From IMG/VR virus record IMGVR_UViG_3300032895_000002, positions 3,750 to 67,749 of that record: a stretch of 64,000 nucleotides of DNA; one strand, 5' to 3'. Both the position numbers and the translations under genes were made by a program. This document shows, piece by piece, positions 18,232 to 28,237 of this stretch; positions within the stretch are counted from its first letter, which is position 1, and each line of letters begins with the position of its first letter. Below the pieces are notes generated by a model that had not been told where the DNA came from, ran no database searches, and worked only from the letters and a program-made list of their open reading frames with translations. This stretch comes from a virus.

Positions 18232-18453
18232 ATGAGCATGCGGACGCGAACCCAACGAATGGAGGCGAGACGCGACGTGATGAGCGGCGTCGACGACCGG
18301 GACGTGACGCTCGTCCAGGCGATCTTGGAATTGTGCTCCACCCTCGACGACGTGGCCGAGCGACTCGCCGATTCGAATGACGAGACCCGCAAGTCGCTCG
18401 ATCAGCTCAGCGACGATCTCGGGCGGGCTTTGAAGGCGGCTGGGGTGCGTTGA
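18232..18453 (+). CDS. Hypothetical protein
   Basis: AAGGAGG RBS. Confidence 0.6.
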   Translation: MSMRTRTQRMEARRDVMSGVDDRDVTLVQAILELCSTLDDVAERLADSNDETRKSLDQLSDDLGRALKAAGVR

Positions 18454-18462
18454 GGGGGCGGC

Positions 18463-18819
18463 ATGACGTCAATAGATGACGATGGATTCTTCGAAGGCCT
18501 GATGAAGGAGAGCCGCGAAAGGCGGATCGCTCATCCCGATTGGCCGTCGCATCGGCCGACCATTACTTTCCCACGCGGGCCGACTTTGGTTCTTGAAGAG
18601 ATGCCCATCGGCCGATTAGCGCGCGGCCGAGGTCACTGCAAATATTGCTACCAGACTCATCAAAATTGGTGGCTGATGGACCCGCGCGCCCATGGGCTCG
18701 GTGATGAGGAAGTCGCGGCCGGCGAGGATGCGGTCCTGCTATGCGGCGAGTGCGAATACACGTACCGAGCGAGCTTTGCCGGCATTGATCCGCCGTTCAC
18801 GCTCGTTGGGGGCGCATAG
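18463..18819 (+). CDS. Zn-ribbon hypothetical protein
   Basis: CKYC...CGEC. Confidence 0.5.
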   Translation: MTSIDDDGFFEGLMKESRERRIAHPDWPSHRPTITFPRGPTLVLEEMPIGRLARGRGHCKYCYQTHQNWWLMDPRAHGLGDEEVAAGEDAVLLCGECEYTYRASFAGIDPPFTLVGGA

Positions 18820-19763
18820 TGAACGCCCTCGCGGAACCGCCGGCGATCGAACGGCGAGCGATCGTCGACCGCGCTCAATGGCTTGCCTGGCGCATGGCCG
18901 ACGTCACCGCCTCAGACGTGGCGGCGCTGTTCGGCTGTCATCCCTACGGCAAAACCAGACTGTCAGTGTGGGCCGAAAAGCAGGGCCTCACCGGCGGCCT
19001 GATCGACGACGCGGTGCTGCGCCGCGGCCGGTGGGGCGAGGCGGCGGTCCTCGAGATGCTGGCGGACGAGCGGCCGGCTTGGCAAATCCGGCGGCCGAAA
19101 GTGTACTTGCGCGATCCCACGATCCGGCTCGGCGGGACGCCGGACGCCGAAGCGATCGACCCGGAGCGCGAGGGCGTAGGCGTTATTCAGACTAAGACGC
19201 TCGCCGACAGCGTATTCGAGCGCGAATGGACGGACGGGCCGCCGCTCGGCCATCAGCTGCAAACGCTGGCCGAGATGATGCTTGAGCGCGCGTCCTGGGG
19301 CGCGCTCGCCGCCTTGGTCATGGACCGCTACGCTTGGCGCCCGGTCATCTTCGACCTTGAGCGCCATGAGGCCGCGGAGGCCAGGATTCGCGCCGCCGTC
19401 GCCCGCTTTTGGAGCGACTTCGAGGCCGGCCTGATGCCGGTGCTGGATCCGGAGCGCGACGCCGAGACGATCAGCGCGATCTATCCGAAAGCCGCGATCA
19501 AAGAGCCGCCGCTCGACCTCTCCGGCGACAATGAACTGCGCGGGATGCTGACCACCCGGGCGACGCTCAATCGGCTCACCAAGGACGCGGCGAAGCAGAT
19601 CGAGCGGCTTGAAACTCACGTCAAGGCGAAGCTCGGCCTGCATGAGCGGGCGATCGCGCCAGGCTGGCGCATCTCTTGGCGGAACGAGCCGCGTAAAGGT
19701 TACGTCGTCGAACCGAGCAATCCGCGCGTCCTACGCATTTTAGAGGAACGAAACCATGCCTGA
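18819..19763 (+). CDS. YqaJ-like (lambda exo family) exonuclease
   Basis: WLAWR...TASDVAA...G...E...GTPD...IQTK. Confidence 0.85.
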   Translation: MNALAEPPAIERRAIVDRAQWLAWRMADVTASDVAALFGCHPYGKTRLSVWAEKQGLTGGLIDDAVLRRGRWGEAAVLEMLADERPAWQIRRPKVYLRDPTIRLGGTPDAEAIDPEREGVGVIQTKTLADSVFEREWTDGPPLGHQLQTLAEMMLERASWGALAALVMDRYAWRPVIFDLERHEAAEARIRAAVARFWSDFEAGLMPVLDPERDAETISAIYPKAAIKEPPLDLSGDNELRGMLTTRATLNRLTKDAAKQIERLETHVKAKLGLHERAIAPGWRISWRNEPRKGYVVEPSNPRVLRILEERNHA

Positions 19764-20742
19764 TGTCGAGATCGACGACGGCCGCCGCGAGGCCTTGAAC
19801 GCGTTCGCCCAAGCCGGGGTTAACGCGCCGCCGCCGGCGACCATCCCGGCTGCGGGGGTGTTGGCCGAGGGCGCCGGGCTGCGGGTGGTCGGCGCACAAA
19901 AGGTCGCAGTGAAGCGTAACGAGCCCGAAATCCTGCAACGGCTGGCGATGCTCGCCGCCCGCGCCGGCGATGATTGGTACTATCGTTGGCCGGTTAAGAA
20001 CCGCAAAACCGGCAAGACCGAATGGATCGAAGGGCCGTCGATCAAGCTCGCCAACGATCTCAGCCGCCTATACGGTAACTGCGAGGTCGAGACCCGGGTC
20101 ATTGATCTCGGCGATTCCTGGCTGATCTACGCCCGGTTCACCGATTACGAGACCGGCTATTCGCTCACCCGGCCGTTCCAGCAGCGCAAGTCGCAGCGAA
20201 CGTTCGGCGAGAGGGCGTCGGCCGAAGACATCGACCGCTCACGCGACATCGCCTTTCAGATCGGATGCAGCAAGGCGATCCGAAACGTCGTCACCAACGC
20301 TCTGCAAACCTTCAGCGATTACGCCTTCGAGGAAGCGAAAAACTCGCTCATCGACAAGATCGGGCGCGACCTGCCGAAGTGGCGCGACAAAACGATCGAG
20401 AAGCTGGCGGCGAAGATCGACGTCAAGCGGGCCGAAGCGCTGCTGGGCCGCGCTGCTTCCGAGTGGCTGGCGCCCGACGTCGCCCAGGTAATCGCGATGA
20501 TGAAGGCCGTCTCGGACGGGATGGCGAGCATCGACGAGAGTTTTCCGCCGCTCGCGGCCCCGGCGCCAGGCGAAGCGCCGCCCGACAAGCTTGATCAGTT
20601 CGCAACCGGCGATTCCGGCGCGCCGACCGAGTCACCGCCTCGGTCGGATTCCTCCGCGCCGGATGCGGCCGCGGAAGCTCGGCGTAACCCCCCGTCGACC
20701 TCCGCGGCCAAGCCGGCGGACAAAGCGGACAAACTGATTTGA
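19756..20742 (+). CDS. Putative ssDNA-annealing/recombination protein
   Basis: Follows the YqaJ gene; EGPSIKLA...YGN...SKAIRNVV. Confidence 0.6.
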   Translation: MPDVEIDDGRREALNAFAQAGVNAPPPATIPAAGVLAEGAGLRVVGAQKVAVKRNEPEILQRLAMLAARAGDDWYYRWPVKNRKTGKTEWIEGPSIKLANDLSRLYGNCEVETRVIDLGDSWLIYARFTDYETGYSLTRPFQQRKSQRTFGERASAEDIDRSRDIAFQIGCSKAIRNVVTNALQTFSDYAFEEAKNSLIDKIGRDLPKWRDKTIEKLAAKIDVKRAEALLGRAASEWLAPDVAQVIAMMKAVSDGMASIDESFPPLAAPAPGEAPPDKLDQFATGDSGAPTESPPRSDSSAPDAAAEARRNPPSTSAAKPADKADKLI

Positions 20743-20784
20743 AGGCGGGCGGGGCAAGGCGGAGGCCGTGGGAGATGGAGAGCG

Positions 20785-21678
20785 ATGACGCCAAAAGCCA
20801 ATGGAAAGGACGAGCGGCATCGAGAGATGTTCTCGCCCGAAGAAAAGAAAATACTAAGATCGATCCTCGACCAGAAGCCGCCGATCGTTGATCTGCCGGT
20901 GGCGGCGCTGAACGCCGACATGAGTTATCAGGAGCGGCCCCGCGAGCGCATCGTCAATCAGGTCGCGACCAACCTTTCCGAGGCGCTGCTCAACGTTCTG
21001 ATCATCGCCCAGCGTCCTGACAGCACCTATTGGGTAATTGACGGGGAGTCGCGCCGCCAGGGCATTCTCCGCCGCGGCGAAAAGCAACGCGTCGTGCATT
21101 GCCAGGTGTTCCAGACTGAGGGCCAAAAACAAGAAGCGCTGCTGTTCCAGTGGTTCAACTCCAACCGGTCGAAACAGCCGATCAAACTCGCCAACAGCTT
21201 GATCGCCCTGGGCGTCGCTGGCGTTGATCGCGGGTTCACCAAAACCATCGAGGAATGCGGCTTCACGCTTGGCAAAGGAAGGCGGCAATTGCGCGGCCCG
21301 GGCTACGTCCTACAGGCATGGAATCTCGACGGCGACGGCACGGCGATGAAGAAGGCGCTGTACACGCTCAAAGACGCCTGGCGAGAAAACTACCGAATTC
21401 ACGGTTACATGCTGCTCGGCGTCGCGCGGCTCTATCACCACGTTCCAAAGTCCATCGACGAGCAGGTGCGCCGCATTCTGCAGCGGAATTCCCCGGATGC
21501 GATCATGGACCGAGTCGCGCGGCGTTATGCCTCCGCCGGCGGCAAAAGCCCGCGCATCCACCCCGACGACAAGCCGAAGCTGGTCGAGCGGGTGATCGCC
21601 GATCTCATCAACAAAAACCCTGGCGCCGCAGGAAAAATCGATCTCGCCAAATTGGATGAGACGCGGGCCGGAGCATGA
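20785..21678 (+). CDS. ParB/Srx-like N-domain protein
   Basis: SYQ.R...YWVIDGESR...EALLF. Confidence 0.65.
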   Translation: MTPKANGKDERHREMFSPEEKKILRSILDQKPPIVDLPVAALNADMSYQERPRERIVNQVATNLSEALLNVLIIAQRPDSTYWVIDGESRRQGILRRGEKQRVVHCQVFQTEGQKQEALLFQWFNSNRSKQPIKLANSLIALGVAGVDRGFTKTIEECGFTLGKGRRQLRGPGYVLQAWNLDGDGTAMKKALYTLKDAWRENYRIHGYMLLGVARLYHHVPKSIDEQVRRILQRNSPDAIMDRVARRYASAGGKSPRIHPDDKPKLVERVIADLINKNPGAAGKIDLAKLDETRAGA

Positions 21679-22613
21679 GACCAATGCTGAACGTCGGCGG
21701 CGACGCGATCGACCAGGACGCGGTCGCGATCGGCCTCCTCCACCAAAAGGCTCAAGCGTCGGGCGCCGATCGCGTCTTCTACTTGGCGGAGGTCGGAAAC
21801 CGATTGCTCAAGAAGAAGGAATCGCTCGGCCACGGCCAATGGCTGGTGTGGTCTCGAACCAACTCCGGTCTCCTCGGATTCGGTGAGCGCGGCGCCCGCA
21901 CGCTGATTTCGGGCGCCCAATGGTTGGCCTCGAATTGGCGACTAGCCAATACGCTCGAAGACATCGTTACTGATCCGCACGCCTCAGATCAGGATCTCGC
22001 CAGGGCCGCCGAGATTAGGCAGCTGATCAGCAGCCGATTCCGCCCGACGACGCGCGGCACGCTGGGGCGGCGGCAGAACAATGAATGGTACACGCCGCCG
22101 CAATATATCGCGCTGGCGCGAGCAGTGCTCGGCGACATCGACATCGATCCGGCCTCGACCGAGCTTGCCCAGGAAACGGTGAAGGCGCGGCGGTATTTCG
22201 ACAAGGATCAAAACGGGCTGCGTCAACAATGGTTCGGGCGGGTGTGGCTCAACCCGCCATACGCGCCGCCGCTGATCGGCAAGTTTATCGCCAAGCTGTT
22301 GATGGAATGGGACGCCCAAAGGATTAGCGCCTGCATCGCGCTCACCCACAACTATACCGACGCGATCTGGTTCCACGACGCCATGTCCGCCGCCAACACC
22401 GTTTGCTTCACTCAGGGACGGGTCAAGTTCTACGAGCCCGGCGGCGCCCTGGCGCGGCCGACGCAAGGACAAGCGTTCTTTTATTTCGGCGCCGATGCGG
22501 ATGCGTTCAAGCGTGAGTTCGGGCCCATTGGGTCGATGGTCAAGCCGGAACCGGACCGTTGGACGAGACAGAGAATCCGCGATGAAGTTGAAGCAGCGGC
22601 GCCCGCAAACTGA
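21675..22613 (+). CDS. Phage Dam-like N6-adenine methyltransferase with DUF3102-like N-terminus
   Basis: EWYTP, IDIDPAS, VWLNPPY. Confidence 0.88.
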   Translation: MRPMLNVGGDAIDQDAVAIGLLHQKAQASGADRVFYLAEVGNRLLKKKESLGHGQWLVWSRTNSGLLGFGERGARTLISGAQWLASNWRLANTLEDIVTDPHASDQDLARAAEIRQLISSRFRPTTRGTLGRRQNNEWYTPPQYIALARAVLGDIDIDPASTELAQETVKARRYFDKDQNGLRQQWFGRVWLNPPYAPPLIGKFIAKLLMEWDAQRISACIALTHNYTDAIWFHDAMSAANTVCFTQGRVKFYEPGGALARPTQGQAFFYFGADADAFKREFGPIGSMVKPEPDRWTRQRIRDEVEAAAPAN

Positions 22614-22747
22614 GAGGAAGGTCGCCGTGGTGTGCGCGCGGTGCGGTTGGCGCGGCAAGCGAAGCCCAACGAGCGTCTGGCCCGCATGCCCGCAATGCGG
22701 CGCGCGCGCCGAGCTTATCGTTCCGCTGGAGACCAAGGAGAAGCGAC

Positions 22748-23008
22748 ATGACCCAGCCCGATGAGCCCGATGAGCATGTTCCCGTTAAAAAGCTGCGCGA
22801 CGTCATCTGGGCATGGGAGTACGCCCGCGATTCCCATTTAGAGCGGGCAAAGAAATGCGAGGACGCAGACGACGCCGCGGGGGTCGAGCTTAACCGCGAA
22901 GCTGCCCGAATCCTCGGCGCGTGCGCGACGCAGGCCGCCGCTCTCATCGTTCCCCGCGAAGAAAATATGCGAGACGACTTTTTAACCGCGCGAGGCTTGC
23001 CAAAGTGA
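22748..23008 (+). CDS. Hypothetical protein
   Basis: AAGGAG RBS. Confidence 0.5.
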   Translation: MTQPDEPDEHVPVKKLRDVIWAWEYARDSHLERAKKCEDADDAAGVELNREAARILGACATQAAALIVPREENMRDDFLTARGLPK

Positions 23009-23023
23009 CCCGAGTCGGCGATA

Positions 23024-23040
23024 TAGGGCAGGGTGCCCTA
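23024..23040. promoter_or_regulatory. Operator family A upstream of xis/int
   Basis: TAGGGCA-GGG-TGCCCTA; TTGCCA at 22997 upstream. Confidence 0.7.
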
Positions 23041-23113
23041 GGGGCGCTCGGCCCGGCGGGGCGTTCCGCCACATCGAAAGGCGTCGATCAACCAATAGCG
23101 TGAGAGTCCGCAC

Positions 23114-23542
23114 ATGAAAGCCCAGCCTGTTGATCCTGCCGTTCTGAGGCCTGACACGCCGTTACGGCTAGAGATCGCCGCGCGGATCGCGTTCCCCGAT
23201 GGATCGATGAGCGCGGCCGGGCTGAGGAAGGAGATCGGCCGCGGCCGGCTGATTCATGAGCGGATTGCTGGAAAGCAATACACCACGCTGGCGAACATCG
23301 AGCGCATGAGAGAACTATGTCGCACTCAGCAAAGCCCGCCCGTCTCTGGCTCCGGTCAATCCGGGGGAAAAGCAAAGTCTGGTGCATCCTTGACAGCGGA
23401 CGCCAAATCGCAACTGGCTGCGACGCTGGCGACCGCGCGGGCGCTGAGGAAAAGCTCGCGGAATACCTCGCCACCCGCGTCGTCAAGCCGAACTACGACA
23501 GCGGCCGTGACCCGGCTTCCATCACGATCGCCGAGCTCTTAA
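23114..23542 (+). CDS. xis: Excisionase-like protein
   Basis: PLRL..AA..AFPDG.M....LR.E..RGRL...RIAGK.YTT; overlaps int start. Confidence 0.7.
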   Translation: MKAQPVDPAVLRPDTPLRLEIAARIAFPDGSMSAAGLRKEIGRGRLIHERIAGKQYTTLANIERMRELCRTQQSPPVSGSGQSGGKAKSGASLTADAKSQLAATLATARALRKSSRNTSPPASSSRTTTAAVTRLPSRSPSS

Positions 23543-24447
23543 GGCTCTATCTCACCGACTGCTGCACTAAGCCGCGGGGCCGGCGTAAGCAGGCGGTCGC
23601 CCGCATCGATGAAGTCGCCCGCCGCGTCGAGGCGCTGGTCGGATTCTTCGATGACAAGCCTGTCACCGCGCTCTCGAAACGACTCTGTCAGGCCTATGTA
23701 GAGAACCGCGGCGACGCGCCCTATGCGGCCCGGCGTGAGCTTGAGGACTTATCGTCGGCGTTAGGCTATGCCTACGAGCTTGAGGTTCTCGACAAGGATT
23801 TCCGGCGCCGGATCGAGCTGCCGCCGAAAGCGCCGGCTCGCCAGCGATGGCTTACGCCAGAGGAGGCGGCCAAGCTCCTACTCGCCGCTTGGCGGTTTCG
23901 CCAGCGCGAGCGGGGGGGCGCGATCGGGCGGCGCGCAAGCCAGCATGTCGCCCGGTTCATTCTGGTCGGCCTCTACACCGGCACGCGCTCGTCAGCGATC
24001 TGCGGCGCCGCGCTCGGCCCCGCGATTGGTCGGGGGCACGTCGATCTCGACCAAGGCGTTTTCTATCGACGCGAGCCGGGGACGCACGACACGATGAAGA
24101 AACAGCCGCCGGTGCGGTTACCGCCGAAGCTGCTCGGTCATATCCGGCGTTGGAAGCGGCGAGGGATTTCTCTCCGGGCGGTCGTCGAATACGAGGGCAA
24201 GCCGGTTCTGAGCGTCAAGAAAGCGTTCGCCCGCTGCGTTATTAACGCTGGCCTCAAGGGCGTTACGCCGCATACTCTGCGCCACACCGCGATCACCTGG
24301 GCGCTCCAAGGCGGGATGTCGACGTGGGACGCCTCTGACTATTTCGGGGTGAGCGAGCACATCATCAGGAGCGTCTACGGGCACCATTGCCCCGATCGCC
24401 ATGTTGGTGTTGGCCAGGCGCTCCAACGCCGCGGTCGGCCGGCCTGA
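23317..24447 (+). CDS. int: Tyrosine integrase
   Basis: YTGTR, HTLRH, catalytic Y in VYGHH; adjacent att site. Confidence 0.93.
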   Translation: MSHSAKPARLWLRSIRGKSKVWCILDSGRQIATGCDAGDRAGAEEKLAEYLATRVVKPNYDSGRDPASITIAELLRLYLTDCCTKPRGRRKQAVARIDEVARRVEALVGFFDDKPVTALSKRLCQAYVENRGDAPYAARRELEDLSSALGYAYELEVLDKDFRRRIELPPKAPARQRWLTPEEAAKLLLAAWRFRQRERGGAIGRRASQHVARFILVGLYTGTRSSAICGAALGPAIGRGHVDLDQGVFYRREPGTHDTMKKQPPVRLPPKLLGHIRRWKRRGISLRAVVEYEGKPVLSVKKAFARCVINAGLKGVTPHTLRHTAITWALQGGMSTWDASDYFGVSEHIIRSVYGHHCPDRHVGVGQALQRRGRPA

Positions 24448-24469
24448 CAGGGCGGGAACAGATAGAGGG

Positions 24470-24698
24470 TGTGCAACGGTGTGCAACGGTTGAGCGGAAC
24501 AAAGGGCGAAAAGGCGGCGAAAATGGCGGCGAACGGAACAAAAAACGCCAATAATATCAGTGAGGCCATAGCCGCGGCCCTCGTTTACACCGAGAGGGCC
24601 GGGGGTTCGAATCCCTCACCGCCCACCAATATTATCAATGGCTTAGCGGCTATCGCGCGCTGATCCGACCGCCTTGTGCAACGGTTTGTGCAACGGTT
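24470..24698 (+). repeat. Integrase arm-type sites, 4 x TGTGCAACGGT
   Basis: Tandem pairs at 24470-24491 and 24675-24698 flanking the att core. Confidence 0.75.
24579..24628 (+). other. attP core: 3' half of tRNA-Val(TAC)
   Basis: Anticodon arm CTCG-TTTACAC-CGAG, T arm with GGTTCGAATCC, 3' CCACCA; no 5' half. Confidence 0.88.
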
Positions 24699-24880
24699 GA
24701 GGCTCTCCGGTAGCCGCCGGCGCTGATTTTCCGCCGCCGCTCAGCCCCGCCGCTCGCCTGAACGCTCGCCCGAATGCCGTCCTCGTGGGCCGCCTTGGTG
24801 ATTGAAGGTAGTCCATTTGGACCACCTTCGTATCGGTTCGCCCAGGCTTCATCTTTGGCGCCTCGGCGTTGCCCCCCCCC

Positions 24881-24909
24881 TTGACAGAAGTTGCTTTATT
24901 GCCAACGCT
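24881..24909 (+). promoter_or_regulatory. TTGACA promoter with operator B
   Basis: TTGACA-GAA-GTTGCTTTATTGCCAAC; same layout as 16382. Confidence 0.7.
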
Positions 24910-24933
24910 ACGCCTGGCGAAGGAGACCCTCCC

Positions 24934-25209
24934 ATGTCTGACCGCCCCGGGCTCGGCGACGCGCCGATCGAGACGCAATTCCGCGAGACCATGAACCGCG
25001 TCGCCGGCGCGCTCGACGAGGCCTTCAACGGCGGCGCCAAGGGCGCGGATCGCAAGGTCGGCTTCGTGCTGCTGGTCTTCCCGTTCGGCGAGCATGAGGG
25101 CCGCTGTAACTACATCTCCAACGGCGCCGACCGACGCGACGTCGCAACGATGCTCAAGGAGCAAGCCAAACGCTTTGAAGGCCAGCCGGACATGGAGGGC
25201 CACGCATGA
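24934..25209 (+). CDS. Phage hypothetical protein
   Basis: AAGGAG RBS; GFVLLVFPF...NYISN. Confidence 0.7.
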   Translation: MSDRPGLGDAPIETQFRETMNRVAGALDEAFNGGAKGADRKVGFVLLVFPFGEHEGRCNYISNGADRRDVATMLKEQAKRFEGQPDMEGHA

Positions 25210-25871
25210 CCGTCTCGCTTCCCGAGCTGCCGCCGCGCATCGCCCGACTGCCGAAAGATGAACGCGGCTATCCGGTCCCGGCCTTTATCGAGTGGATGCG
25301 CGACGGGAAGCCGGCGGCGATCGGTGCGCCTGGCGCGCAACCTGACTTCCGCTACATGAGGCCCGGCTTCCGCGCCCGGGCGTTCAGCCAAGGCCTATGT
25401 TGGGTTTGCGGCGACAGGCTCGGCGCGCATCGGGTCTATGTGATCGGGCCGATGTGCGTCGTGAACCGCAGCACCATGGAGCCCGCCAACCATCGCGCAT
25501 GCGCCGAGTTCGCCGCCAAGGCCTGTCCGTTTTTGGTCCGGCCTCGGATGCGGCGGATCGGCTTTGACGCGGACGAGGGGCATGACGCCGCCGGCCGCCT
25601 GCTTGAGCGCAATCCCGGTTGCGTTTGTCTGTACGAGACGCGCGAGGCCAAGCCCTTCGACGTCGGCAACGGTTGGCTGATCCGCCTCGGCAAGCCCGAT
25701 CGCGTCGATTGGTGGGCGCAAGGGCGTCAGGCGACCCGGGCCGAGATCATGGCCTCGATCGACAGCGGATATCCGTTCTTGCTCGAACAAGCGATGAAAG
25801 AGGGCCAGGATTCGGTCGATGAGCTGACCCGGATGACCTTCAACGCGCTTAAGCTGCTGCCCGCGGCATGA
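25206..25871 (+). CDS. Hypothetical Zn-binding protein
   Basis: RGYPVP...LCWVCG...EP..H..CA.FA...CPFL. Confidence 0.7.
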   Translation: MTVSLPELPPRIARLPKDERGYPVPAFIEWMRDGKPAAIGAPGAQPDFRYMRPGFRARAFSQGLCWVCGDRLGAHRVYVIGPMCVVNRSTMEPANHRACAEFAAKACPFLVRPRMRRIGFDADEGHDAAGRLLERNPGCVCLYETREAKPFDVGNGWLIRLGKPDRVDWWAQGRQATRAEIMASIDSGYPFLLEQAMKEGQDSVDELTRMTFNALKLLPAA

Positions 25872-25874
25872 ACC

Positions 25875-26177
25875 GTGACTACGCAGAAACGCCGGCCGGC
25901 GCCGCAGATCGCCCGCCATGGCGAAGGCCCCGGCTATTGGATGAACGAAACGAGCGGCGTGCTCCGGCCGGCGGTCGAGGCCTATCTCATGCATGACGAA
26001 ATGACGCCCGGCGAGATTGCGGCGATGCGCGCCTATCTCCGCCAGTGGATCATGCACCCCGGCTGGCTGGGGCCAGGCGTCGAAGAACTTCGGCGCGGGA
26101 TTGACGGACTGACCTCGCGCCAGGCGATCGAGCGCTGGCTCGACCGCGCGCTCAGCGAAAATATCGATCCGCTATGA
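25875..26177 (+). CDS. Hypothetical protein
   Basis: ORF within the operon. Confidence 0.65.
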   Translation: MTTQKRRPAPQIARHGEGPGYWMNETSGVLRPAVEAYLMHDEMTPGEIAAMRAYLRQWIMHPGWLGPGVEELRRGIDGLTSRQAIERWLDRALSENIDPL

Positions 26178-26380
26178 GCGACGACCTCGCTCCCCTTCCC
26201 GGCTTCGATTGGAGCCGCGTCACATGGGGCCGTCCCGACAGTCCTGTCTCGGCGCTGTGTTCATACTGCTCCGCCGCGATCCGCGAGGATGACGTTCCGC
26301 TGAGGGTCTGGAACGCGCAGGGCTTCGCCGCGCAGTTCTGCGACGCATGTCAAAGGCGCTGGTGGGGAATGACCTCATGA
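26174..26380 (+). CDS. Small Zn-finger protein
   Basis: CSYC...CDAC. Confidence 0.6.
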   Translation: MSDDLAPLPGFDWSRVTWGRPDSPVSALCSYCSAAIREDDVPLRVWNAQGFAAQFCDACQRRWWGMTS

Positions 26381-26652
26381 GCGACGACGTGTTCGAAATC
26401 GTGATCATCCAGGCCGAGGCGGCGAAGCGCGGCGTGCTCACCATCTGGACGGTCTATGAGCGGCCAAAGGACTATCCGATCGGCTGGATCGCTCGGATGT
26501 TCGAGATCAGCGGCGCCGGCCCCAAGCCTACCGGGCGCGTCATCAAGTGCGCCGCGTTGCAGCCGATCCGCGAGAAGCTGATTCGCGCCGGGCTCACCTG
26601 CTTGCCGCGCCAGGAGGGCGACGAGCCGCAGATCGTGGAAAGTTGGATTTAA
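26377..26652 (+). CDS. Hypothetical protein
   Basis: WTVYERPKDYP...IVESWI. Confidence 0.7.
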   Translation: MSDDVFEIVIIQAEAAKRGVLTIWTVYERPKDYPIGWIARMFEISGAGPKPTGRVIKCAALQPIREKLIRAGLTCLPRQEGDEPQIVESWI

Positions 26653-26969
26653 TGAGCTGGCTACGACGTCGACGGAAGGAGCCGCGGTCAAAGACGGCGG
26701 CTAAGCCGGACGCCCTGATCGTCATGCGGCTTGTCGATATGCATCGGAACCACCCGGCGCAGGACAATTCGCACGCGTGCTCGAAATGCGGGAGCGTGGT
26801 CGGGATTTATCCGTCCGGCCAGCGGGCTCTGCGCGACAATCCCGGCCTGCCGATCATCTGTATCCGGTGCGCGACCAAAGAGCCGCCGCCGGACGGCATG
26901 CGGCCGGCCGGATCGATCGAGGAGGTCATTCAGGAAATGCGTGACAGCGCCGACGTCAAGAGAGGCTGA
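26652..26969 (+). CDS. Zn-finger hypothetical protein
   Basis: CSKC...CIRC; TAATG coupling. Confidence 0.6.
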   Translation: MSWLRRRRKEPRSKTAAKPDALIVMRLVDMHRNHPAQDNSHACSKCGSVVGIYPSGQRALRDNPGLPIICIRCATKEPPPDGMRPAGSIEEVIQEMRDSADVKRG

Positions 26970-26973
26970 CCCG

Positions 26974-27246
26974 GTGAGAACCCGCCGCGTCGATCAGGGG
27001 CCATGTCTCAATTGCGGCCGGACGTTGACCGCCGCGAGCGCGCGGCATGACCACGCGCCGGCCAAGGGCGCGATCATGGTGTGCGCGTATTGCTCGCACG
27101 TCATGGAATGGACCGGCGAGCGCCTGACTGAGCTGTCTGACGAGGCGCTTGAAGCGATCGCCGGCGATCCGGAGCTGGTTGGCCTCGTCAACGTCACCGG
27201 CCTCTTTCAGCGCTGGCTTGCGAAAAAAGGGAGGGTTCGCCCATGA
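26974..27246 (+). CDS. Zn-finger hypothetical protein
   Basis: CLNC...CAYC. Confidence 0.55.
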   Translation: MRTRRVDQGPCLNCGRTLTAASARHDHAPAKGAIMVCAYCSHVMEWTGERLTELSDEALEAIAGDPELVGLVNVTGLFQRWLAKKGRVRP

Positions 27247-27575
27247 ACGATCAACTCCGCCGCGCGATGGCGGCCGTCGATATCGACGCGATCGACATCG
27301 AGGCTCAACGCATCGGCCGAGAGGCGGTCTCGGCCGCGCTGGTGGTGACGGAGAGCGAGGAGGAGACGCGCCGGCGCGAGGACGAGGCCCGCGCCAAGGC
27401 GGAGGCGGAGGCGCAGCGCCAGCGCGATCTCGACGCGGCGCTCGCCGACACGATCGAGGCGGTCGCCCGCCATCGCGCCCGGCTCGGCCGCAAGACCTGT
27501 TCGACGCATGACGGCGCGACCATCCGTAAGATTTTCGAGCTGCTGCGCGGCCTGACGCCGGGGACGGACGAATGA
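27243..27575 (+). CDS. Coiled-coil hypothetical protein
   Basis: GGAGG RBS; coupled. Confidence 0.55.
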   Translation: MNDQLRRAMAAVDIDAIDIEAQRIGREAVSAALVVTESEEETRRREDEARAKAEAEAQRQRDLDAALADTIEAVARHRARLGRKTCSTHDGATIRKIFELLRGLTPGTDE

Positions 27576-28237
27576 CCCGGGCCTGGAAATACGACGGCAG
27601 CATTGACCGCTTTCCGCTCAAGCCCGGCGAGCTGTGGGAGTGCGGGCTCGGCCGGGTCATGGTCGGCGACATCTATGCAGGGTTGCCGGATTTCATGACG
27701 GCCGGCGATTGCGTGTTCGTCGATCCGCCCTACAACGCCGCGCTGGAAAACGGCTTCCGCACCAAGGCCAAGCTGCCACCGAACCCGGACGGCTTCGGCC
27801 GGTTTCTCGACGCGCTGTTCGGCCGCATCGACGCGATCAGGCCTCAGACTTGCTTCGTGGAGATCGGCAAGCAGCATGTCGAGGATGTCGTCGCCCGGCT
27901 TGAGCGTCGTTTCGCCACGGTCGAGAGTTGGACGGCGACGTACTACAAGCGCAACCCATGTTTCGTCGTGCGCGGCGGGGCCGGGCCCTCCGCGTTCAAT
28001 TACGCCGGGCTGGACGAGCAGGACATCATCAGCCTGATTTGCGAGCGCGAGCCGTTCACGAGGATCGCCGACCCGTGCATGGGCCGCGGCGCGGTCGGGC
28101 TCGCCGCCTACAAGGCCGGCCGGTCGTTCTGCGGGACGGAGCTGAATCCCGCCCGGCTGGCGGTGCTGGTCCGCCGCATCCATGATCTTGGCGGCGCCTG
28201 GCGGGTCGGCGGCGTCGCCTATGAGCCGCCGGCATGA
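27572..28237 (+). CDS. Small beta-class amino-methyltransferase
   Basis: VFVDPPYN, then ADPCMGRG...GTELN. Confidence 0.8.
   Translation: MTRAWKYDGSIDRFPLKPGELWECGLGRVMVGDIYAGLPDFMTAGDCVFVDPPYNAALENGFRTKAKLPPNPDGFGRFLDALFGRIDAIRPQTCFVEIGKQHVEDVVARLERRFATVESWTATYYKRNPCFVVRGGAGPSAFNYAGLDEQDIISLICEREPFTRIADPCMGRGAVGLAAYKAGRSFCGTELNPARLAVLVRRIHDLGGAWRVGGVAYEPPA

Noticed and set aside
24579-24628. Functional tRNA-Val gene
   Set aside because: Acceptor 5' strand and D arm are missing; it is an att core
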